Positions 11,311 through 20,452 of a DNA stretch of 64,000 nt are shown here, piece after piece (the first letter of the stretch is position 1; every line of letters begins with the position of its first letter). The position numbers and the translations under genes are program-made. Origin of the DNA: Anaeromyxobacter sp. (GTDB lineage: Bacteria; Myxococcota; Myxococcia; Myxococcales; Anaeromyxobacteraceae); assembly GCA_049840735.1 (NCBI GenBank), contig JASGJN010000022.1, positions 896,001 through 960,000 on the forward strand, given 5' to 3'. The notes under the pieces are model-generated. The model was not told where the DNA came from, did no database searches, and was given only the letters and a program-made list of their open reading frames with translations.

Positions 11311-12339
11311 GTGATGAACGTGATTCGATCGTTCTTATGGGGTTCGCTCATCGTTGGGTCTGCTTGTTTCGGGGGGAACGCCGTTGCTCAGACGGTCAAA
11401 GCCGATCACACGACCGTGGACACGACTGGCCTTTCGGCGTCGGATCTCGACGCGGCGAGGGCCCTTCGTATGAATCTTTCTCACGCGTCCGTCGGCGGCA
11501 ATATCTGGGATGGACTCAACACGCTCGGGTCCGACACCAAGTTCGAGTTCCCGAATTGGTCGGACAACAATCGAGGTAACCCGGGATGGGAGGCGAAGGT
11601 CTCGCAATTTGAGTCCTGGGTCGCATCGCATACCAGCGATTTTGACGTGTTTCAGAACAAGTTCTGTTACATCGATCAGGATGCCGACTTCGCGAGCTAT
11701 CGCGATTCGATGGTGGCACTCGCCAAACAGTACCCGACCAAGGTGTTCGTTTGGTGGACCATGCCAATTCAAACCGACGACGCGAACAATGCCAAGCGGG
11801 CGGCATTCAACAAACAAGTTCGTGACTACTGCAAGGCCAACGATCTGCCTCTTTACGACATCGCAGACATCGAGAGTCACGAGAGCGATGGCTCTGCGGT
11901 GGTAAGCGGCGGGGTGGAAGCCCTCGATCCTACGCAGTCGAGTGATGGTGGCCACTTGAACGCGGCCGGTGCGGCACGCGCCGCCAAGGCGCAGTGGGCG
12001 TTGATGGCACAGCTCGCCGATCGGTCTCCGTTGCCAGGCACGGGCGGCGCTTCCTCCACGGGCGGCTCGTCTTCCGTCGGGGGCAACGTGTCCGCTTCAT
12101 CGTCTTCTGGTGGCAAGTCCGCAGCGTCCGGTGGGACCTCCAACGTCGGGGGCGAAAGTGGCGCCAATGAAGGCGGGGCTTCCGGTGAGGACTCGACGGA
12201 TGTCACCGATGTAAAGGATGATTCGGGAGATGGATCCGGGTGCGTCATCGCGCGGACCGCAGATCGCAGCGGTGCTTTCGGATGGATAGGTCTCGCCTTG
12301 GGTCTCTTGGGTTGGTCTCGTCGTCGACGAGCCGCGTGA
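11311..12339 (+). CDS. Secreted SGNH/GDSL-like protein with MYXO-CTERM sorting signal
   Basis: Signal peptide, HASVG, DGGHL (DxxH), G/S linker, C-terminal GC...GWIGLALGLLGWSRRRR. Confidence 0.75.
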   Translation: MMNVIRSFLWGSLIVGSACFGGNAVAQTVKADHTTVDTTGLSASDLDAARALRMNLSHASVGGNIWDGLNTLGSDTKFEFPNWSDNNRGNPGWEAKVSQFESWVASHTSDFDVFQNKFCYIDQDADFASYRDSMVALAKQYPTKVFVWWTMPIQTDDANNAKRAAFNKQVRDYCKANDLPLYDIADIESHESDGSAVVSGGVEALDPTQSSDGGHLNAAGAARAAKAQWALMAQLADRSPLPGTGGASSTGGSSSVGGNVSASSSSGGKSAASGGTSNVGGESGANEGGASGEDSTDVTDVKDDSGDGSGCVIARTADRSGAFGWIGLALGLLGWSRRRRAA

Positions 12340-12357
12340 TTGTCGTCATGTCGAACG

Positions 12358-12410
12358 GGGCTCCTCCGAGCCCGAGCTGAGCAGGAGAGCGAGCTCGGTT
12401 GGGGAGGAGC
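12358..12410. terminator. Imperfect GC-rich stem-loop after the MYXO-CTERM gene
   Basis: Outer GGCTCCTCC/GGAGGAGCC and inner CCGAGCT/AGCTCGG arms; no U-tract. Confidence 0.4.
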
Positions 12411-12717
12411 CGCGCGTCCTTGGCGTGGGGACGCGGCGGCAGACGTAGGCGGTGCTCTTCCCTGGCGCAAATTGTCGGTCGTCGAGTGACAGTGGATCGC
12501 CTCGTGAAGTGTAGTTTCTGCCGTCGATGGGCAGCTTGCTCTTGGTCAACTTGGCAATTCGCCTGCGGTGACGAACGCACGATGGCCGTGAGAAGCGCGA
12601 GCGAAAGGGCAGAAATGGGCTGAAATGCGGGATTTTAAGCCCCCTTCGTGAGCTGCGTCCGCGGCTTTCGGCTTGGCATGCTTGGGAGAAACATGCTTTC
12701 TCTATACGGAGGCCGCT

Positions 12718-13704
12718 ATGACCGTTACTCCTCGCCCGACGCCGGTAGTGAAACCTCCACAGCAATCTGCGCCCGTCAGTGAACGTGCACCACGGAAGGT
12801 CTTGCTGTCTCCCGTCGTTGTCGTCGCCAGTGGCGGTGAGTGGGAACTCGAACAGGGCGAGCTCGTCATTGGTCGCGATCCGAGTGCTCAGATTATGCTG
12901 GAGGATCCGCTGGTATCACGTTTTCACGCCCGTATCGTCGTGAGTGAGGACGGCCGAGTCGCTCTCGAGGACTTACAAAGTGCCAATGGGATCTTCGTCA
13001 ATGGCGTCAAATTGGCACGACAACGCATCGAACTCGGGGAAGGGGATCGATTGCTCATCGGCACGACCGAGGTGAGTGTGTTCGGGATGCGCGTTTCGGC
13101 AATGGTTCGATTGGGCAAACAGGTGGCACGAATTGCTCCTCCCGTTCTTGCGCAACCCAAGTTGCCCGCATTCGGTACTGCCGTCGACTCCCCCGCGGCA
13201 CCACGACTTGCACCACGACAACCCCGGCGTCCGGCAGTGACGGGGCGCACGGATGCAAGTCAGTTGGTGAGGCAGTTCGCAGAACAATTGATGGAGACAG
13301 GTCATCCACTCGAAGCGGTGCGCGTGCTGTCGGAACACTTGCAGAATCTCGTGAAAGGAGCGTCTGCTGGACTTAGCGTGCCGGAAGTGATTCTGGAGAG
13401 TGCGGCACGCTCTGCGCTTCGTCTCCACCAGTGGACTGGGCGCGTGGCTTGGATCGAGTACGTATTCGAGCTCCACTTGGCGAGCCTTGCCGTTCCGAGC
13501 ACGGAATGTCTGGGAGAACTCGAACCGTTGCTCTCGACGACTGCCGTCGATTCATCGCTCGTTGGTTATTTCGTCAAGACCCTCGAGCGGCGCGCCGAGC
13601 CCCTTTCCTCCGAAGAATTGGAACAACTCAAGCGACTCGAGCGGTTCGCCGTCGCCGTTTCCTCGTCACCTGACCCAAAGAGCACGCGTGAGGGGTCGCG
13701 GTGA
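12718..13704 (+). CDS. FHA domain-containing protein
   Basis: IGRD...VSRFHARI...DLQSANGIFVNG; GGAGG precedes ATG 12718. Confidence 0.88.
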   Translation: MTVTPRPTPVVKPPQQSAPVSERAPRKVLLSPVVVVASGGEWELEQGELVIGRDPSAQIMLEDPLVSRFHARIVVSEDGRVALEDLQSANGIFVNGVKLARQRIELGEGDRLLIGTTEVSVFGMRVSAMVRLGKQVARIAPPVLAQPKLPAFGTAVDSPAAPRLAPRQPRRPAVTGRTDASQLVRQFAEQLMETGHPLEAVRVLSEHLQNLVKGASAGLSVPEVILESAARSALRLHQWTGRVAWIEYVFELHLASLAVPSTECLGELEPLLSTTAVDSSLVGYFVKTLERRAEPLSSEELEQLKRLERFAVAVSSSPDPKSTREGSR

Positions 13705-14066
13705 ACGCAACCATGACCGGCGGCGCAAGCCCTTGCAGCCGTCCACGTCTACCTCACTGAGGCGACCGACGCGGGGAACGTTCACTCCGAAAAGCCGAGC
13801 AGTCACGAGCACCTACGTCGCTGAAGCCATCGTCGCGTCGCAGGTTCACGAAGCAAGAGCGGTGCATGTGCCAAAACGGGAGCTCCTTCTCGGTGGATGT
13901 GCGCAAATGGGTTGTCGGTCCACTCTCGGCTGGAGGAGCGATGGTCGGTGCTCGAGGAAGACCCTGACTCGACCGAATCTCCTTCAGGCGCCTGCCACTC
14001 GGGGAGCGTCGCCTGTTTCCATCATTGCGCTTCTATTCTGCGCTGACCGAGCCGTATCTCTCCGTT

Positions 14067-15882
14067 ATGGCGCTGCCACTTCGGATCAAATTGTTCGCGC
14101 TTCCAGTCGCGGCGATCTTGGCGATGAGCCTATTCGTCGGGCCGGTTCTCTATGGTGTGATGAAGCGGACTACAGAAGGACAAGCGCTTCAGGCGCTCGA
14201 GCGCACAGGCAACGACGCCACTGGACGACTCAATCGCGCCGTTCAAGAGACCCTCGCCATCGCTCTGCACGTCGCGGCTCGACCGGACATAGCCGTGGCA
14301 TTCGCCCACGGACAGTCACTGCCTGGGTTCGAGGAGATTTTACGCGCGGAATCCGGTTTGGGCATCGACGAATTGCGACTCTACCGAAGCGCAAATGAGC
14401 CACCCGTTTATCTTCGTGCACCCGGATCCGTGGCACGGGAGTCGACGATCGAGTCATCACCGATCGACGATGCCCTTCGCGGACGAAGCTCATCGGGGCT
14501 GACCTTCGACAAGCTGGAAGGGGTCGTCGTTCGCGCGTTCGTGCCGGTTCGTCGCGACAACGGCGTTTCGGGAGTGCTCGTGGCAAGTGCGCCAATCAGT
14601 CGCTCGCACGCCTTCGTGGATTCCGTACAAGCTGACACCCGTGCCCATTGCACGCTCTTCGTGGGCTCGCAGCGCGTGTCGACGACCATCCGCAAGGGTG
14701 ACGGTCGAGCGATTGGGACCCTCCTGGCCAACCCCACGATTGAAGCTCAAGTGCTCTCGGAGGGGCGCGAGTACCTCGGGCGTTCGATGATTTTGGGGCG
14801 TGAGCACGTCGCGAGTTATCGGCCACTGAAGAACAGTGCCGGTAAGGCACTGGGGATGCTCTTCGTCGGGATCGAATCAATCCGAGAGCCAGGCTGCCAC
14901 TCGGGACGTTCTGTCTTCCGTTACGTGGGCCGCGTTGGGCTCTCTCGTCATATTCGGACTGCTCGGGTGGCGATTGGCGCAGCATATTGCACGCCCCATT
15001 CTCGAGACGGCGACCTTTGCGCATCGGCTGGCCCGAGGGGACTTGGGGCACGTCCTGAAGGTCACGGCCAAGGACGAGATTGGTGCGATGGGCGGCGCCC
15101 TACGCAAGATGCACGTACAGCTGAAATCGGTCGTGACGGTGGTCCAAAATGCAGCTCGCTCGGTCTCGTCGAGCACGCGTCAGCTTTCAGAAGCTGCGGA
15201 ACAGTTGGGCAACAACTCGAGCGTGCAGGCGTCTTCTGCTGAAGAGCTCAATCGCGCGATGGAGCGACTGTCTGCGGACGCGAAGGAGATGAGGCTTCAG
15301 GTGGAGCGAGCGAAAGCCGCAGCGCAAAGCGCTGCGGAGCGCCTGATCGAGAGCGGATCGAAGGTTCACGAGTCTGCTGAGGCCACGAATCAGATTGCCG
15401 TCGCGATTGCCGACGTCGATGCCATTGCACGTCGAACCAACCTCTTGGCGCTCAATGCTGCCATCGAAGCTGCTCGTGCTGGCGATGCCGGACTTGGCTT
15501 CGCCGTCGTGGCTGCGGAGGTCCGACGACTAGCCGAGCAGAGTCTGTCGGCGTCGCAGACGATCGCCGCCGTCGCCAAACGAGGCGTCGCGTTGTCGGTT
15601 GAAACTCGCGCCCTGACGGAGCGTGCCGTGTCGAGCGTTGAACAATCGGCGCAGCTCTCACAAGACGTGATGCGATTGGCAGACGGGCAATTGACGGTAG
15701 TCGAAGAGGTTGCCAAAGCGACTGCCTATCTCGAGAACGTCGTTCATGCGAACTCTGCGGCTTCCGAGGAACTCGCTGCGAGTTCTCAGGAACTCGCAGG
15801 TCGTGCCAATGATCTGCACGACGCAACCGCGTTCTTCCACCTCGAATCGGGCGAAGCCGCACACGCGAACGACGCCGAATAG
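14067..15882 (+). CDS. Methyl-accepting chemotaxis protein (Cache + HAMP + signalling domain; frameshift about 14885)
   Basis: N-terminal TM; RVSTTI...GRAIGTL...GMLFVG Cache motif; second [43 protein letters not shown]. Confidence 0.92.
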
Positions 15883-16070
15883 GCCGGAAGAACGCGGAAT
15901 CATTTCGATCAACCGAAGGTTCTGCGCCTGACCAACCGGTAGATCGACGGCGACTCGTCGGCTGGTGCGATCCGGGTGGATCTCGGGTTCGTTCGGCGCT
16001 AGGGCGGCAAGCCCTGCTCCTCTCGTTGCACGCGGTGCGCGGGGGGGAGCAACGTCGAAGACCGAGATCC

Positions 16071-17789
16071 ATGAGAGAGCCATTCCGACTGAGGCCCTAT
16101 CAGCGCTCCGCCGTACAGGCGGTCCTTTCCCGCTACCAGGACAATGGCGAGCGACGCATGCTTCTCTACTTGCCAACGGGGGCAGGCAAGACCGTCATAG
16201 CGACCTACATCATCAAGGCTCTCCGGGACGTACTCGGCAAGGCCGGGCGGACCTTGTTCGTCGCACACCGACAAGAGATCTCTGATCAAACCGCCCGTAC
16301 GCTCACGACGCATTTGCCTGGCGTCAGTGTTCAGGTCGAGCAAGGGGAACGCAGCGCCAATCCAAATACGGACATCGTGGTTGCTTCGGTGCAATCTCTC
16401 GTTCGTCGAAAGGAGCGCTACGATCCGAAGGCCTTTCGTCTGATCATTTGTGACGAGTGCCATCGTGCACTCGCGCCAAGTTGGGAAGACGTCATTTCCT
16501 ACTTTTGGGCAGAGGCCAGCGAGCAGACGCTGCTCTTGGGAATGACCGCGACGCCTCGACGATCAGATGGTAAGTCCGTGCTCGACGTCTTTGGTCAGAC
16601 GGCGTTCGAGATCTCGAGAACGGATCTCGAGGATCTCGGTTTCCTCGTGCCGATGCAGTACTTCACCGTCACGAGCGAGCTTGCTCTCGACAAGGTGAAG
16701 CTCTCCGGTGGTGATTTCCACGTTGGTGCTCTATCGAAGGTCATGAATACGCCGGAGTGCCGCGCCCTTGCCGTCAAGGCTTGGCTCGAACAGGGTGTCG
16801 GCAAGAAGACGATCGTCTTTTGCGCAGGCGTCGAGCATGCGACGAATCTGGCAATGGATCTGCAATCCATTGGGATCCGGGCGGAGAAGATCGACGGCAA
16901 GACAAAGGATCGAGCGGAACTGCTCGGAAGATTCCGCAGCGGAGAGATCCAGGTTCTCACCAATTATGGCGTATTGACCGAGGGCTTCGATGATCCCGAG
17001 GTATCGTGCGTATTGATGGCGCGCCCAACTACGTCTCCACTGGTTTACACGCAGTGCGTAGGACGCGGGCTCCGCTCGTCTCCGGGCAAGTCGGCGTGCA
17101 CCGTGATCAACCTCGTCGACCGCAGCACCCGCCAATTGCAGTATGACGCCGTGCAAATGGCGGGTCTGCCGACGCGCTGGCGATGTCGCGGTGGCAATCC
17201 ATTCCGAGAGGCGGCGTCACTTCGTGGGGTCAAAGTAACGAGTCCCGAAGCCTTCTTGCAAATCCGCAATGCGTCTTCTCTGCAAGAGGTGCAATCGATT
17301 CTGATGAGTCTTCCGCCGAGCGTCGTGGTCGCGGGACTCGATGGCGAACCCGTACTTCGTTACACCATGGTCACCGAGCCCATCGAGCGCGAGCGCGCGG
17401 ATCGCGAGGTGAAGCAACTCCTCAAGCAGGCGCAAGTGTTCGGTGCGAAGGTTGCCATCGAAGAAGACGTGGTTCGGGTGACGTTTCGCCACGAAGAGAC
17501 CGACAACGAACGTTACGCGCCGCTGCTTTGGCATCTGTCCCAAGCCACGGGGCGACGGATCGAATACAGCCGTGCCAAGCGGAAGGAGAACGCGAACCCC
17601 AAGGTACTGTTGAAATCCATGTTGCCCGAAGGTTGTCGGATTACGGCTTTCGAGTCTGCGACGGACGAGAGCGCTATCGTGGCGAATATCTCAGGCCTTG
17701 CTCCACGGGAGCTCGAAGTGCTAGCCCGGGATTTCTTTACGGAGTACGGCGTTGCCCTCAAGGTCAAGGGGCAGATGTCGCTCTTTTGA
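16071..17789 (+). CDS. SF2 DExH helicase (ResIII/RadD/Irc3-like)
   Basis: LRPYQ, LPTGAGKT, DECH, GMTATP, LTEGFD, QCVGRGLR; C-terminus ...KGQMSLF. Confidence 0.92.
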   Translation: MREPFRLRPYQRSAVQAVLSRYQDNGERRMLLYLPTGAGKTVIATYIIKALRDVLGKAGRTLFVAHRQEISDQTARTLTTHLPGVSVQVEQGERSANPNTDIVVASVQSLVRRKERYDPKAFRLIICDECHRALAPSWEDVISYFWAEASEQTLLLGMTATPRRSDGKSVLDVFGQTAFEISRTDLEDLGFLVPMQYFTVTSELALDKVKLSGGDFHVGALSKVMNTPECRALAVKAWLEQGVGKKTIVFCAGVEHATNLAMDLQSIGIRAEKIDGKTKDRAELLGRFRSGEIQVLTNYGVLTEGFDDPEVSCVLMARPTTSPLVYTQCVGRGLRSSPGKSACTVINLVDRSTRQLQYDAVQMAGLPTRWRCRGGNPFREAASLRGVKVTSPEAFLQIRNASSLQEVQSILMSLPPSVVVAGLDGEPVLRYTMVTEPIERERADREVKQLLKQAQVFGAKVAIEEDVVRVTFRHEETDNERYAPLLWHLSQATGRRIEYSRAKRKENANPKVLLKSMLPEGCRITAFESATDESAIVANISGLAPRELEVLARDFFTEYGVALKVKGQMSLF

Positions 17790-17973
17790 CGCGTTACCTC
17801 GGTTCTTTCGATGACCCGATCCAACGTCGAAGAAATCTGGCCGTGCCGGCTGTTTTTGCCGGTGCGGCGTGGCAACGGTTCACGGTAAATGTCGGTTTTT
17901 GTCCACCGAGTGCGGCGCGACTCTCCCGCGAACGGCTTTCAAGCACTCTCGAAGCGTGCTACGAACCACCGAC

Positions 17974-18606
17974 ATGAGTGGTGGCAAGTGGCTCGGAGTG
18001 ATCTTGGGGGTCGCCGTATTCGATGTGGGAGCGTCGGCGTTCGCGCAAGCCAGCAGCTCGGCAGCGGCTCCTCAAGGGGTTCCACCGCCGCCTCCAGGGT
18101 ATGTGTACGTTCCAACGAGTTCGTTGCCTCAGCTGTCACCGTTGGCGAAACCTGCTCCTGAGCTCGATTATCGCGATGGTGAGCCAGTGCCGTCGGGTTA
18201 CCACATCGAGGAAAAGCCAATTCGTGGGCTCGTGGTTGCAGGTTACATCGTGTCTGCGATCCCGTATGAAATCGGCGTCATGGTTGCGACGGGCTCTCAG
18301 TTCTCGAACCGGACAGAGATGTTGCTTTTCCCGTACTTCGGCCCTTGGCTCACTCTCGGACTCCGGGAGTCATCGACGTGCACGAGGACGAATGGAAGCG
18401 AGGGGTCCTCTCTCGGGTGTTTGGGTGATTCTCTCGCCGTGTCATTTTTGGTGATGGACGGGCTCGTGCAAGCCGCCGGGGGAGGCATGTTGCTCGGGGG
18501 ATACCTCGGAACCCGTAAGCGATTGGTTTACGGGAGATCGGGTTGGAATTGGTCTCCTGGGTTCGTCGGCAATGGCTATGGAATCCGCGCTGCCGGCGCA
18601 TTCTAG
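17974..18606 (+). CDS. Hypothetical exported/membrane protein
   Basis: Signal-like N-terminus, Pro-rich segment, YRDGEPVPSGYHIEEKP followed by hydrophobic segments, terminal Phe. Confidence 0.7.
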   Translation: MSGGKWLGVILGVAVFDVGASAFAQASSSAAAPQGVPPPPPGYVYVPTSSLPQLSPLAKPAPELDYRDGEPVPSGYHIEEKPIRGLVVAGYIVSAIPYEIGVMVATGSQFSNRTEMLLFPYFGPWLTLGLRESSTCTRTNGSEGSSLGCLGDSLAVSFLVMDGLVQAAGGGMLLGGYLGTRKRLVYGRSGWNWSPGFVGNGYGIRAAGAF

Positions 18607-18645
18607 GGTGATCGGGGTCCTTCGAGACCGCGCCGTCTAGAAATC

Positions 18646-19299
18646 ATGCTAGGCTTGCGAGCGGCAATGCGCCAACCGGTCCCACCAACCTTGCGCGTGC
18701 GCGGCTCTTGCGTAGTGCCACTAATTCTCGTTTGTTGTTCTCTCGATCCGGTATCTCAGGATCCGGCAGCAGAGCGAGGTGGCGAGCGCGGAATACCGTC
18801 TGTGGGGCTCGGCGGCGCGAAAGCTGGCGGTGACCAACCGGGCAGCATCGACGGTCGTCCCGACAATGGCTATTCCAGTGGTGGAGTCGTCACCGAATCA
18901 GAGGTGGTGATGGGCGGCGCTCAGGCCACGTCCTCTTGGGATGCATCGGGTGGAGCGGCAGCTGGAACTGGCTCGAGTACGAGCACGGAGAACGGTGGCG
19001 TTTCGTCGAACGGTGGGAGCTCCGCGGTGCCAGAAAACCTCGGAGGAAGTTCCGGCAGTTACGGCAATTCTGGCTCCGGGAGCTCGAGCAGCGGTGCAAG
19101 CAGCACCCTGAGCGCCGGCAACGCCGGGATCCTCGGTTCTGGCGGCGCTGGAAGCCTGAATAGCGCAGGGGCTTTCAATGGGGAGGGCTCCGGGAACGTG
19201 AGTGGTTCTGGCCGTGGTGGTGGATCCGGAATCTGTGACGAAAATCCGGGTTGCGTGAATCGCGGTGCCCGTGGTGGGGCCAGCGAATCCGGCGGATAG
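18646..19299 (+). CDS. Hypothetical Gly/Ser-rich exported protein
   Basis: Hydrophobic stretch ending in Cys, then a low-complexity G/S region with no clear globular domain. Confidence 0.4.
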   Translation: MLGLRAAMRQPVPPTLRVRGSCVVPLILVCCSLDPVSQDPAAERGGERGIPSVGLGGAKAGGDQPGSIDGRPDNGYSSGGVVTESEVVMGGAQATSSWDASGGAAAGTGSSTSTENGGVSSNGGSSAVPENLGGSSGSYGNSGSGSSSSGASSTLSAGNAGILGSGGAGSLNSAGAFNGEGSGNVSGSGRGGGSGICDENPGCVNRGARGGASESGG

Positions 19300-19358
19300 A
19301 GCTCCTCCGCGCTCGCGATCACGCCGCATGACGAACGTAGCGCACACGGCCCCTAGCG

Positions 19359-19692
19359 CGCGGCACGTTGCGAGCGCGGCACGTTGCGAGCGCGGCACGT
19401 TGCGAGCGCGGCACGTTGCGAGCGCGGCAGTGCCCACGGTATCGAGTGAACGCGGCACGTTGCGAGCGCGGCACGTTGCGAGCGCGGCAGTGCCCACGGT
19501 ATCGAGTGAACGCGGCACGTTGCGAGCGCGGCACGTTGCGAGCGCGGCACGTTGCGAGCGCGGCACGTTGCGAGCGCGGCACGTTGCGAGCGCGGCACGT
19601 TGCGAGCGCGGCAGTGCCCACGGTGTCTGGCGAGCGGGGCACGTTGCGAACGCGGCACGTTGCGAGCGCAGCAGTGCCCACGGTGTCTGGCG
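19359..19692. repeat. Composite intergenic tandem repeat A4-B-A2-B-A6-B'-A2-B'
   Basis: A=CGCGGCACGTTGCGAG (16 bp, 14 copies); B=CGCGGCAGTGCCCACGGT(ATCGAGTGAA/GTCTGGCGAG) (28 bp, 4 copies, last one partial). Confidence 0.95.
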
Positions 19693-19907
19693 CTTCACGC
19701 AACGCGGTTGTCGTGCCCTCTCCGTTGCCGTTGTTGATCCCGAGTTGCCCGCCGATTCGCGTCAGATGCGTCAGCTGTCGTCGACGTGGTGTTGCTGTGA
19801 TTCACTACCGTAGCCCAACTATCACTCATCGCCCGAGGAGCCGCGCTCGTCAACTTCGGGGGGCTTTGCGTCTTATGCGTGAGTTGCGCGCCATCGTAAA
19901 GAGTGTT

Positions 19908-19923
19908 CTTGATGAACATCAAG
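19908..19923. promoter_or_regulatory. FNR/CRP-family box TTGAT-N4-ATCAA
   Basis: CTTGATGAACATCAAG is an exact consensus match with 7 bp palindromic arms, in intergenic DNA. Confidence 0.55.
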
Positions 19924-20452
19924 TTTTGGCGCCTCGTTCAAGGCGTGCCGAGTGCTGAAGCGCGTACGCGCGTCGCACCCAAAGCGAATTCGAGGAACGG
20001 AGTGTCGAGCTAGCCTCTTGTTCGCGAGGGGCTTTGTCTTGAGTGAACACGGTGGTTGGGGACTTCAAAGGTTGCATTGAGCAGCTTTGCGATTGGATTT
20101 CGCTGAGAATTGCGCGAGTCGACGTTGCTCGTGTCGTTGGCACGTATTCTGCTTTGGCGCGCTGCGGATGTGAACGAGGCGCCCGCGAACCGTCGTGTCG
20201 CGGAAGGCCAACTCGACGGACGAGCGAGTGAGACAGTCGCTCTTGGAATTGCAGAGTGGCCCAAGAAGGGATTTCGAAGGGAGTCTGACGTTGACGTGAA
20301 TAGGGCTGAGTAACGTCTCGTCCAAGTATCACTGCGCTTACTGGGGCGAGCATCATCGATTGGGAGCACTGGGGTAACGCATTTCCCACGAATTGCGCGG
20401 CTGGGTGCGCCTGTTTGCCCGAATGGGCACAGCGAAAATGTGGAGGAGTGAA

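Noticed and set aside
16071..17789. Type I/III restriction subunit
   Set aside because: No adjacent methyltransferase or specificity gene and no recognisable nuclease motif.
19359..19692. Possible CRISPR array
   Set aside because: Units are directly adjacent or separated by near-identical B units; there are no unique spacers and no cas genes in the window.
18898..19958. ORFs spanning the 16 bp repeat
   Set aside because: They are open only because the repeat lacks stop codons in several frames; no protein-like features.
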